From: Felis catus
Lineage: Eukaryota
DNA: 64,000 bases
Assembly (NCBI RefSeq): GCF_018350175.1
Contig: NC_058368.1
Span: 89,034,001 to 89,098,000, forward strand
Direction of reading: 5' to 3'
The notes under the pieces are model-generated. The model was given only the letters and a program-made list of their open reading frames with translations, was not told the origin of the DNA and searched no databases. This document shows positions 11,930 through 23,226 of this stretch, in pieces. The position numbers and the translations under genes were made by a program. The first letter of the stretch is position 1. Every line of letters starts with the position of its first letter.

Positions 11930-12790
11930 TTCCTGTAGGGGCGTGGCGTTCACATGAACCCCCCCGCCCCCAAAATTTAACTCCTCCCACCCTCCTCCTC
12001 GGAACCCAGTGCTCCGCATTCAATGAGGAAGGGAGTGACACAGCGACCCTCTCTAGACTCTGACACCCACCTCTCTGCCGCCCGGACGACCCTCGCCCAA
12101 TCTGCGCTAAGTTGTTACCTGGATCCCTCCCGCCCGGTCTTAGCAGGAAGCCTCGGCCCTCCCGAGAGCAGAGTCCAGGCCCCAGGTTAGGTCCCGAAAG
12201 CTGGCCCAGGCCCCACCCCCTCGACCCCCGGCGGCCAGGCCCTCCCCTCGCGCTCCTTTCCCCCCCTCCCACCATCCGCCGCAGCCACTTCCGCCCGTCC
12301 TCCGGAAGTGAGCGAGAGGCAACTGCCACCTCCCCACATCCCGCCTTGTTCTTCCACCACACCCCCCCTCTTGCTCCCGCCTATCACCACCGCCACCACG
12401 GGAGCGCGGGATGTTGGTCTGCAGGGTTTGAAGCTGTTCTGCAGTCACTGTGAATAGGACTGGAGACGAGGTGTGAGCAGGACCGAGTCCGGAAGAGAAC
12501 AGAGATGGGGGCCAAAGTAGCTGCCCTGCAAGAAGGGGCGGGGCAGAGAGTCCGGCGAAGGGATGGGGCGCGCGTCACTTCGAGCCTTGTGGTAAGAAGA
12601 GCGCATGCGTCACGACGCCTCGGCGTGTCGCGAGAGTAGAAGCCGGTGGGCCTGCGGGGTAGGACTTGGGCAGGAAGGGGGTGGGGCAGCTTGGCCCTGG
12701 TGCCCTCCTGAGGTCGCCTAGCAACAGCCTGCTTGACCTATGTGCTGGCAAAGGCCAAGGCAGCGCCCCTCTCCGGCCGTCTGTCCTCCT
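11930..12790. promoter_or_regulatory. MGAT1: CpG island / distal promoter of MGAT1, possibly bidirectional
   Basis: High CpG; inverted ETS pair CACTTCCG (12286) and CCGGAAGTG (12302); GC box ggggcgggg; NRF1-like GCGCATGCG (12601); TCGCGAGA (12628); minus-strand donor CAG|GTAACA at 12119/12118. Confidence 0.7.
12119..12310 (-). other. MGAT1: Candidate distal non-coding first exon of MGAT1; 5' end approximate
   Basis: Donor CAG|GTAACA just downstream of the ETS pair inside the CpG island; MGAT1 is known to use alternative untranslated first exons. Confidence 0.5.
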
Positions 12791-13236
12791 GGTGAGAAAC
12801 AATTGAGGAAGCACTGAAGCCAGTATTAACCGTTCCAGTGCTGACAGCTCTGTGGCAGTACCAAAGAAGTTTTATTTTGTTCATCGCTTACTTATCCTCG
12901 CTACTTCTCTCGCCTAGGTAGGACCTTTCATTGCGTCAAGGGAAAGAAAAGGGTAAGAATACTCTAAAATGAGTGCCCCGCGCCTTCACTACACCCTCCA
13001 CGCACAGTGTGCGAAGCACTTTACATGGTTTACCACCCCTTGCACAGCAGACAGGTCAGCCTGAGGTTGCACGACTTAGGATGTGGTAGAGACTGGACTC
13101 CCAGGCGGTAACACTACCCAGTACTGCCGCTATCACGTTCCACCGGAGACCTCTCCCCGAAGAAACATTTCCACTCCTGCGATGGACTGCCAAGTTCCAA
13201 AATTGCCCTGGTAGCTTCTTTTCTAAATATATTGAC

Positions 13237-13406
13237 CTGACTTGCTCTTGAGTTCAACTTAAATCCAAGAGTAATTTTTGGAGTTCATATGTCATCCCCT
13301 TAATGACATGTTCTAGAATCTTGCCAGGAATATGAACGAATTGGCAGCCTGTTTTCCCCTCATTTTTGAAAACACTAACCTAAGCTTCAGTCTTCTGGCA
13401 TATCTT
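13237..13406 (-). mobile_element. L3/CR1 LINE ORF2 remnant, copy 1
   Basis: ttctagaatcttgccagg...tttttgaaaa...cagtcttctggc is the reverse complement of the CR1 PEDW...FKKG...IPGKILE segment. Confidence 0.6.
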
Positions 13407-13412
13407 ATGAGA

Positions 13413-14250
13413 TGCTATGTTTTATAAGAAGGAATATATATATATATATGGTCTTTATTTCATTCCTGGCTCAAAGTTCCTAAAATCCTTGGAATTTCCT
13501 AAGTGGTAAGAGCACTAGAAGCATCTTTTGTTCTAATATTTGGCCCACTGACCGTGGTCCTGACACAGGGCTTGTGAAACTTGGAATTTCCTGGGTGATG
13601 GGAAAGTCCTTTGTTCAAAAGAAGCCACTCTGGGTGGGATCCTAGACAGCTCCTAGATGAGGGTTGGTTACTAGAGGGACAAGACATGATTCTGTGGAGA
13701 TGGAAAAAGGGCTGAAAATGGGGTTCATGATTGATCATGCGTAAGTGATGAAACTTCCATAGAACTCCCAATAGTCAGGTTCCAAGAGCTTCCAGGTTGG
13801 TAAACACATCCATGTACTGGGAGACTGATGCACCCCAACTCCACTGGACAGAAGCTCCTGTAATTGGCATCCTCCCACACCCCACCCCATATATCTCTTC
13901 ATCTAGATGTTCATCTGCATCCTTCATTATATTGGTGAATGTAAATAAGTGTTTTCCTGAGTTTTGTAAGCTGCTCTAGCAAGTAATTGAATCCAAGGGG
14001 AAGAGATCCTGGGAACCTCCGATTTGTAGCTAAGACAGAAGTTGTGGGAAACTTGGGGACCTGCTACTTGTGATTAGTATCTACAGTGTGGTCAGTCTCA
14101 TGGGACTGATCCTTTAACCTGTGGGATCTGATGTAGCCAGCTGGTATCACAGAAGATTGCTTGGTGGGGGTGGGGAGGGGGAAACCCACTCATTTGGTGT
14201 CAGAAGTATCAGAAGGGTTCTTTATGAGAAGGAAAGAAGACACATGAAAG
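13413..14250 (+). mobile_element. MER21-like ERV solo LTR
   Basis: agagcttccaggttggtaaacacatccatg...caccccaactccactggacagaagctcctg...aagtgttttcctgagtt...ttggtgtcagaagt match recalled MER21-family blocks. Confidence 0.65.
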
Positions 14251-14256
14251 AAAAGT

Positions 14257-14436
14257 CTGACTTGTTTGACTCTAAGCTGAATCCAAGAGGAGCTTTAGCT
14301 AATTTTTGGAGTTCATACACCATCCGTTTAGTGACATATTCTAGAATATTGCCAGGACTGTGGATAGATTTGCAGCCTCGGGTTTTTACCCCTTTTTGAA
14401 AACTGGAACCTAGGCTCCAGTCTTCTGGCTTAGCTT
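14257..14436 (-). mobile_element. L3/CR1 LINE ORF2 remnant, copy 2
   Basis: ORF track 14222..14482 gives PEDWSLGSSFQKG...SPGNILEYVTKRMVYE, a CR1 ORF2-like segment; direct repeat of 13237-13406. Confidence 0.6.
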
Positions 14437-14573
14437 CTATTCCTGTGATTTCTGCAGATTCCCAGCTGTAATAAATTTGCATATTTTCAGTACTGGGAAT
14501 GTAATAATTGCTGGGTCAGGAGTCTTGAAATAATTTATGGGGAAAGATGTCATCATACTATTAGAAACATTCT

Positions 14574-14775
14574 CTTTTTTTAACAATGTTTTAAATTTTC
14601 CTTATTTTGAGAGGTAGAGAGCAAGCAGGGGTGGGGCAGAGAGAGAGAGGGAGAGAGAGAATCCCAAGCAGGCTCCATGCTGTCAGTAGAGACTCTGATG
14701 TGGGGCTGGATCCCATGAACTGTGATATCATGACCTGAGTGGAGACCAAGAGCCAGACGCTTAACCGACTGAGTA
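14574..14775 (-). mobile_element. Can-SINE, slightly 5'-truncated
   Basis: Reverse SINE body; TSD ttagaaacattct / ttagaaatgttct. Confidence 0.9.
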
Positions 14776-14839
14776 ACTTAGAAATGTTCTGAAAACAAAA
14801 TTTATATTGCTACTACATGCAAACGTAATAGGTCCACAA

Positions 14840-15695
14840 ATAAGTTCTTTCCCCAATTTCAAACCTACTCCATCCAGCTGTCTTTCTCATCTGAATTAAT
14901 GGCAACTGCACTTCATTTACTCAGGCCCAAAGCTCAAGAGCCATCCTCATACCTCTGTCACATCCTCTACCCAATCAGATTTTGTTGGCTGTACATTCAA
15001 ACTATACCTAGTGTCCAACACCTCATCATCCCCACAGCAACCTCCATCCCTCACCTGATCAACCAGGTCTCTCTGCCATACTCCCTGACCCCCAGTAATC
15101 TAATCTCCACACAACAGCCAAAGGGATCCTGGCATTTCTCCACTCAAAACCATACAGTGTCTCCCCAGTTCACTTGGAATAAAGAGCCTGAATCCTTGGC
15201 CTACAGAGCCAAACACCAACTAACTGCTGATTACCTCTGACCTGCTCTCCCTTTGCTTACTTACTCTGACTCAGGCCCACTGCCTTCATTGCTTTTCCTT
15301 GAACCCATTTCAGGTTCTTTGCACTGGCTGTCCCCTTTGCTTATAAAGCTCTTCTAGATATTTCAGATATTTGCTTAATTCACTTCCTTACCTTTTTCAA
15401 ACTTTTTCTCCAATGTCACCTCAGTGAGGCCTTCTCTGACCAACCCATTTAACCCTCCTCCTCACTCACAGCAGTGCCAGTTTCTCTTACTCTGCTCAAG
15501 TTTTTCCATAGCACTCACTTATCAACTAACTATTTATTATGTTTACTACTTCTTGTCTGTCCACACCTGCTAGAATATAAGTTCCATGAGGGGAGCCATA
15601 TTTGGCTGTTTGATTCCTTGCTGTATCCCAAGCGCCTAGCTGTTAATAGGTACTCAACAAACATTTGTGGAATAAGTGAACACATAAATGAACTT
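14840..15695 (+). mobile_element. L2 LINE 3' fragment
   Basis: Ends in the L2 terminus taggtactcaacaaacatttgtggaataagtgaa; internal tttgcactggctgtcccc and agaatataagttccatgaggg motifs. Confidence 0.75.
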
Positions 15696-16012
15696 GAACA
15701 ACTATTTCCATGATAGAGTTTTCCCATCCCAGCCTTTCTCACCTGTAGATACATGACATAGTTATGGGCATAGTATACATTATTTTGCATTATTAATTTT
15801 TTCCATACCATAGATACTGTACACATTTCTAGATATTTGTAATTAGAACCATTTTTGCTTTTTAAAGGTACTCAGATTTTTGCATGCTTGTTATAACAGT
15901 CAAACAGTATAGAGTAGTGTCAAGAAAAAGTTAATTATCTTCCTTCCTCCACTAATCACACCCTGCTAAGAGGACTACTTTTAAATTGAGTTGATATCCT
16001 TCCAAATATTTT

Positions 16013-16218
16013 TCTTAATGTTTTATTTATTTTTGAGAGAGAGAGAGTGAGTAAGAGCAGGGGAAGGGTAGAGAGAGAGGGAGACACAGAATCCAGAGAA
16101 GGCTTCAGGCTCTGAGCTGTCAGCACAGAGCCCTACACGGGTCTCAAACTCATGAACCACAAGATCATGACCTGCGCTGAGGTCAGATGCTTAACCGACT
16201 GAGCCACCCAGGCACCCC
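16013..16218 (-). mobile_element. Can-SINE (feline type)
   Basis: Full reverse body ending gagccacccaggcacccc; TSD caaatatttt. Confidence 0.93.
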
Positions 16219-16524
16219 CAAATATTTTCTATACACACATATAAACATGTAATAGGTACAGATTTTACAGTTCAAAGACTGGTTATGCCTGAATTATAAC
16301 TGTATTTTCTATAACTCAAGTCACTTTTAATTCTAGGCCTTATTACCTCTTATGGCAAAAAACCTAAGTCTAGTTAATTCAAGGTAAATGCTGACACTTC
16401 ATGATTTTTTTATTTATTAATGTTCAGTTACAGTTTAATCCCAGTGAATTCAGAATTTATTAATGCCTTTTCTATCCTTTTACCCTCACATAATTACCTG
16501 TTTTTTAAAAACTATTTTAAAAGA

Positions 16525-16647
16525 GGGGTGCCTGGGTGACTCAGTTGGTTAAGCATCTGACTTCAGCTCAGGTCATGATCTAGCTGTCCGTGGGTTTGAG
16601 CCCAGCATCAGGTTCTGTGCTGACAGCTCAAAAATAAATAAACATTA
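16525..16647 (+). mobile_element. Can-SINE with internal deletion
   Basis: Head intact, then gctgacagctca joins directly to aaaataaataaacatt; imperfect TSD. Confidence 0.88.
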
Positions 16648-16739
16648 AAATTGTTATAAAAGAAATGGACATGCATTACGGAAAAGCAGTAAACCATAAA
16701 TAACCAAAATGGAAAAAAAAATCCAGAAGTAATCAAGCC

Positions 16740-16761
16740 TATATATATATATATTTGTTCC

Positions 16762-16805
<44 letters not shown>

Positions 16806-16872
16806 GTATATATATACATGTATGTATACATGTATGTATATATGTATATATATATGTATATATATATACATA
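16740..16872. repeat. (TA)n / (TATG)n microsatellite
   Basis: Read directly. Confidence 0.95.
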
Positions 16873-16899
16873 GTTAGAATCATAATTAGCTTTAATTGC

Positions 16900-17735
16900 T
16901 TAATATTTAATATTTAATTGCTTAACATTTTTCCACGTCAAAAAATATACTTCTATGGCATTTTTAATGACTGCTTGGTATTCTATTATACAAATGTACC
17001 ATAATTACAATCCCTGTTTTTTGTACATTTGGGTTGTTTCCAAATTTTCACTTTTGTAAAATTACTTGTAGCTAAATCTCTGTGCACATCCCTAATTATT
17101 TTCTTAGTATAAAATACTGAAACTGTTGTCAAAAGGTGCACTCGTTTTTGAAGGTTTTTGATGCTACAGAAGGGTGGCACTGCTTTGACACCAGTGGGCA
17201 GGAGGGTCCTTTTCTCTACACCTGCCAACACTGTCTTTTCATTCTTTGTCATCTTTACCAACCTGATAGAAGAGTGGTTTTGTATTGCTTTTAAATTATG
17301 TTCTCATTACTAGTAAAGTGGAACCTGCTTGTATACATCACTTTTGTGAATTGTCTACTTGTATCTTTTGCCCATGGGGACTCATCTTTGTGTCACTCCT
17401 TTGCTAGAACTCTTATATAATATAAAATAAAATATTGTTACTTGTGCTGCAAATATTTTCCCAGTTTGTTACTTGCCTTAAAAAAAATTTTTTTTAACGT
17501 TTTATTTATTTTTGAGACAGAGAGAGACAGAGCATGAACGGGGGAGGGGCAGAGAGAGAGGGAGACACAGAATCGGAAGCAGGCTCCAGGCTCTGAGCCA
17601 TCAGCCCAGAGCTCGACGCGGGGCTCGAACTCACGGACCGCGAGATCGTGACCTGAGCCGAAGTCGGCTGCCCAACCGACTGAGCCACCCAGGCGCCCCA
17701 CTTGCCTTTTAAATCTATCTTTGTGCTCATTTGAT
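16900..17735 (-). mobile_element. Ancient L1M 3' ORF2 remnant, interrupted by a SINE
   Basis: ORF track 16986..17261 contains IWKQPKC and other residues resembling the L1 ORF2 C-terminus. Confidence 0.65.
17480..17699 (-). mobile_element. Young SINEC_Fc-type SINE
   Basis: Many intact CpGs, full length, perfect TSD acttgcctt (17471-17479 / 17700-17708). Confidence 0.96.
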
Positions 17736-19229
17736 ATTGTAGAAGTCAGCAGCAGTTAGGCCAGAGGTCTGGTCTTGCTGCCTAATGCTCTGCGTTCAGA
17801 ATAAATTAATACTTAGGAGTAAACTAGAGACTTTTGTATCTGTTTTTGCCAATGTGGTATAAGGAGTGAATAATGGGACAGGACCACAATCTCCACACAG
17901 AAGGCCACAGAATCCCCAGGTGAAGGAGGAGGCGTTGGGGGATAATTTGTGTGTTCTGGAGAGCAGTGATACCCAATGCTTTCCTAGATTTTTGGAAATC
18001 TCAATTTTAAATGATCTGTCATCCCTATTTGTTATCCCTATTGATACACACGTAATTATCATACCATGATTCTTCTGTGTCTGGTAGAGATAATCCTTAC
18101 CATGGGCATGTTCTATCTTTGCCTTCTCTCTCACTTTCTCTTTGGCCTGGTTGGTATTCTTTCCTAAAACATCCTCTTTAATGTCTGATTCGTTCGTTAC
18201 CATGCCATTCTCTAAACTCTACTCCCTTCATTAATTCCAGGAGGTGAAGGTGGACTTTTCTGGAACACTGAAGATGGATATTCCCCACCCCCTTTTTCGT
18301 GTTCCTTGTGGCCTAAAAAAAGGCGGGGGGTGGGGGGGGGAGTCAGGAGGGCCAGAGTTGCACTGCAAATACAGGACTGAAGAGGATGTGACAAGCTCAG
18401 ACATCACCATAGCTAAGTGTAAAGCTGGACTTTTTACAGACACTAAGGAATCCTAGTAAAACCTAGAATATTAAGCAGAGACTTGAGATGAAGGTTGGAT
18501 GGCAAGTGGCAGACTCTGGGGATTTCAGTTCAGTCATGGGATGAATGTTATTTAAGTACACTTAAAACCATAGCACTTTCTTCATTTCACAAAGAAGGAT
18601 GCACTCATCATCTTGCATCTGATTTTTCCATATTAAATTGTATTATTATTTTAATTATTTTAATTTTGAGCATTTCTCCCCAACTGGATTATGATCTTAA
18701 GGACAGAGACCTGTTTACCTTAAAACACTCATATATTTCTGTGTTTGTTTAATTCAGTTAACATTTACCTGCCAGCTCAGATCCTGGCTTCTCTGATTTC
18801 TGCGGTGGAAGATTTGGTTTCCTTTTCCAAGGTGCAGATAATGAAATCTATCCTTTACCCCTGGCAAAGTATTCATGAGGATCAAATGAAACCAAGGCTG
18901 TGGGAACTCATTGCTCATTTACATTGCTGCAAAGAGCAATGTAAATATCTATGGGGTTTAAAAGTTTACAGATAGCAATCAGAAAGTGCTAGGATGCTGG
19001 ATCACATTGAGTTTTCATGGGAGATCACTTAATGCCCTCTCTATCTGAGAACAGAGAAAGCCCTGAGCACCTACCTTATCCCCTTCCTCCCTTACAAAGC
19101 TACTCCTGTTTCTCACCTGGCCTGTCCCTTTCTCAGGGCTCTCAAAGTGTGATTATGCCATAGTGAAAGCTGGTCTGCTTTTGAGTACCTTTCTTTAACA
19201 ATTACAAGTTCTGACTACTTGGTTTGTTT

Positions 19230-19448
19230 AAAAAAAAATTTTTTTTTACATTTACTTATTTTTGAGAGACAGAGCACAAGTGGGGGAGGAGCACAAGTGG
19301 GGGAGAGAAGGAGACACAGAATCCAAAGCAGGCTCCAGGCTCTGAGCTGTCAGAACAGAGCCTTATGCGGGGCTCAAACTCACAAACCATGAGATCATGA
19401 CCTGAGCCAAAGTCCGACGCTTAACCGACTAAGCCACCCAGGCGTCCC
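19230..19448 (-). mobile_element. Can-SINE with a 17-bp internal tandem duplication
   Basis: TSD ttggtttgttt; gagcacaagtgggggag twice (19272-19305). Confidence 0.93.
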
Positions 19449-20198
19449 ATTTGGTTTGTTTTTAAATCTGTGAATTTGCATTTAAACCATGAGCATTTGC
19501 TCAGGTCAATATTTCCTTAGACCAGCTCCATTAGTGAGAATTGTTTGGCTACCTGTTGAGTATAAAAAACCTTGGATCCTGATGCCAGGAGGCTGAGGTT
19601 TTCCTGTACTGAGCTCCACAGGTTGTAGGGGTAGCTGGGAAGGAAGAAGAGATGTAGAATGGAGAAGTCAAGGGAACACAGTCCAAAATAGAAGTGCCTT
19701 TTGCCTTCAGGATAGATCAGTCATGGGGAAAGAGGAGACTTACTCTCAGGAAAGAACAAAGAAATTTACAGGAGAAAACTGAAGACATTTCAGAAGTACT
19801 GAAGTAAAGAGTGTTTACAGGGATGTAAAATTAATCAGGAATAGTTGCTTTTTAAGGTTATTTAAAGGGGGTAAGTGGGTCACCAGCAAGGTCTTAAAGG
19901 GAAGGAGGAGTAGTTCCTGGTTTGGGGTCATAAATGCCTTACTTCAAGCAGAACCAAGCTCAAACAGGAACATTCCTACTCCTTATAATCTAAACTGGTT
20001 TTGGTGTCAGGGTGCCTGGATTCTAAAGGCCCTGACTGCAGTGACCAGCTTTCACATACCCCAACCAAATCCTTTAAAGCTTCTCCTCGTATAGGAGCAG
20101 TTGAAAGTACTTGGAAGAAAACAATTAAAACTATTAACCTCAAACTATGCTATAATTATAACCTTATAATTCCTTTATCTTTTTTGAAATGGGTTTTA

Positions 20199-20386
20199 TT
20201 TTTTTTATTCCTATTTTTATTTATTTTTTGAGAGACAGCGTGCAAATGGGGGAGAGAGGCAGAGAGAGAGAGAGAACCTTAAGCAGGCTCAGTGCTCAGA
20301 GTCTGATGTGGGGCTGGATCCCACAACCTGACCTGAGTCAAAATCAAGAGTCAGACGCTTAACCAACTGAACCATCCAGGCACCCC
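20199..20386 (-). mobile_element. Can-SINE
   Basis: Perfect TSD tgaaatgggtttta (20185-20198 / 20387-20400). Confidence 0.93.
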
Positions 20387-21789
20387 TGAAATGGGTTTTA
20401 AATTAGAATAACCATTTCTTATTATTGGAAACATTTTAAATAACTTTTAGTAATAATATTTATTAGTCATAAAAAGGAAAGGACATACATAAATCTTTCA
20501 AAAGACCATCTCTGATCTTTTGCTAGATATGTTTGCTTTCTTATATGTCCCCTGGCCCCGCAATAGGCTACTTCAGAATAATGGAAGAATGTAAGTTAAA
20601 GGCAACCCAACATCCCAACAAACGCTCAGTAGGAATTGTCTGGAAACTGTTTAGGGAGGTGGGGGGAAGCCACAGGCTTCTGGGAGTTAATCCTTTTCTG
20701 TGCCTGCCACCTCCCAGTTTTCTCACTGCTGCATGGCAGTTACCTCTGTGTTGTGTCACACACTGATTCATTCCTAGTAGCTATTAAAGGGCTGACTTTT
20801 TTAGGTGATTAACCCTCCTAAATAATCAGACCCATTTGAGGTCATGTCTGTGGAAATAATAGCAAGCTTGCATGCTTGCATTCTAACATGCCTTCTTGAG
20901 TGGGCAAAAAACAATTGGAATTTCAGCAGAGAATTGGGTGTGATATCTGAAATGGATCAGATATACTCATCTACAATTTAGAGTGAGAAGAATATTCCAA
21001 GAAAAAAAATTAATTTACTTTTTTCTGGGCTTTGACAATACCTGGAATATCACAGGCATTTCATTCCAGGGAACAGACCAGGGATCTTAGGTCTGAGGTA
21101 CATGGAGACTCCAGATTCATCTCCTCTCCCTCAGCCTGGGCTGTACTTCTTCCTTCTCTTCCTCCCCCAAAGTCTTCAGAAGTCCGTTATCATCAGCTCA
21201 AATGCCACATCCTCTTTGAAACCTCAGTAGTTGTCAGTACTGATTCTTCTTTACCTTGTATTGGAATTCATTATGGTATAACTGTCTTACTCCTTTCCAT
21301 ATTCTTCAGTTCCACCCAACCCCCAGCAGTATCTGGAGAGACTCCAGGGGAGTGTGAGTGGCTATAGGCTAGTCATGAGCAGCCAGAGAGGAAACCCAAG
21401 TTTTAGTGAAGCACTATATGAAAATGCCACCTGGGAAAGTGTGGTATCAAACTTAAGAAAGGTTAGAAGAGAGATACAAAATGTAGAAGATTTAACCTGA
21501 TAAACATGACATGGTAAATGAGGCAGGACTTCTGAGCTAAAATCTGAGTGAAATTTACAGATTTCAGTAAACCAAACCCCTAAAAAGATACACAGCCAAG
21601 AAAATGTTAGAAACTAGGTTACAAATTGTACAAGTTTCAACCTAGAGGGCTAAGTTTGTTGAGTAATGGAGAATAGTATGGGCATTCCAAGAACAGTGCG
21701 GTGTTTCCCTATTAAAAATGTGAGAAAGTGCAACCTGAAAGGTAAGTACTGGAAAGCACGAGTTTAGGCCTACGGAGAGACACTATGGC

Positions 21790-22000
21790 ACAGCTGTGTC
21801 ATGTATACTCAAGAGCCTGTTGCCTTGGGTTCATATGCCAGCTCTACCACAGAGCTCTGTGCTGTGGGCAAATTCTTAACCTCAATGCCTAAATTTCCAT
21901 ACCTGCCAAGTGGGAAACGAATAATGGCCACCTCATGGTATTCTTGTAAAGACTGGAGCAGCTGTCAGCAATAGTGCCTGGCACTTAGTGAATACAATAT
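21790..22000 (+). mobile_element. MIR fragment
   Basis: ctgtgggcaaattcttaacctcaatgcctaaatttcc...atagtgcctggcacttagt. Confidence 0.65.
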
Positions 22001-23054
22001 CTTGTTATTTTATTATATAAAATTTAAATAATCTAGTTGGTAATTTATTTGGAACAAGTGAGGATCATGGCCCATACTTTTCAACACTCTCTGTCCACCT
22101 GCAGCCGACTCCACTTTATGTACTGATTCCACAAATGTGGAGCCCCTGACCTCAGGCTGGTTACAGCCCAATGAAGAAACACAGCAACAGCCTTACAACA
22201 CAACACAAGCCATGGAGAGAGTCCCTGTAAGGCCCCCAAGCTCAAAACTCATAGCCCAAGCTTTGACCAAGAGGTGAAATTTATTCTTGCCATTAACCAA
22301 ATGTTATGGGAACAGCCAGAACAACCTGAATAGCAGGAGGCGGAGAAGATCCTAGCACTTCCCTAAACCATCCATTTGTGAGCAATTTCAAATAATGACC
22401 AATTTTCCTGGGGAGAGGGGTAAATGAGAAGAAAAACCAAGTCCAAAGGTCTTAATTCTGAGGGGATGAAGAGACTTGGCCTGTGTGGACGGATAGTGTG
22501 CTTTCATGGAAAGGCAAGACTTTTCTTTGAGATATACAGGATTGGAAGCAGGGAAGAGGCTAAAGATGTAGGCTGGGGAGGAGTGGAGTGGAAGCAATTC
22601 TCTGTCCTCCCTATAGGCCCTCCTTTGTGGAAAAGATCACTTCTAGAGATTGGAATGGCTACAGGAAATAGAGACTGGGATTCGGTTGAAAAACTGGATA
22701 GGGATGGCGACTGTCCCTTTGTCTCTGAGCTAGAGGTGGCAGTGGAACAGCCTGTATCCCTGAGACTTGGATGCCAAGGTTCCAGGGGGACCTGAAGGTC
22801 AAGTGGACACAGCAGGAGCAGCATTTGTGCCACATTGTCTCCCCAGTGCCATGTCTAAGCGGGTGCCCACCAGATGAGAGAACCCTGCAGGGGGCTATAG
22901 GGTGAGTATCCAACAGTTAAAACTGAGGAGAGCAGAAGGAGACTGAGCCAAAATGTGCCCCCTCCCAAGAGCAGGGCCCACATGCAGTCCAGCCTAGATC
23001 TATTCTTAAGATTTAGGACATTCAAGGTAAAGGGAAACAGGGTGTGCAGCCAGC

Positions 23055-23226
23055 TGGATTGTCAGATACAATACAAAACACCCAGTTGCATTTGAACTTC
23101 AGATGAACAAGGACTTACTGTTATTGCATGGAACATACACTAGGAATATTCATTGTTTATCTGAAATTCAAATGTAACTGGGCATCTTGGTTTGTTTGCT
23201 TTGCTTGGCTAAATCTGGCAATCCTA
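23055..23226. mobile_element. MER53-like palindromic hAT MITE
   Basis: Inverted arms 23081-23110 / 23153-23182 (27/30 complementary); terminus gctaaatctggcaatccta. Confidence 0.75.

Larger units (their letters stand above)
18101..22830 (-). pseudogene. Possible decayed butyrophilin-like gene relic (IgC-like, TM-like and small cytoplasmic exon-like segments)
   Basis: Weak by-eye similarity only; see findings. Confidence 0.25.

Noticed and set aside
11904..12814. Overlapping ORFs in the second CpG island
   Set aside because: Same GC-content artefact; no domain similarity
16608..16883. YI-repeat ORF, and similar ER/SL/CV-repeat ORFs at ~7.1, ~26.0-26.6 and ~39.1 kb
   Set aside because: Translations of microsatellites and SINE CT tracts
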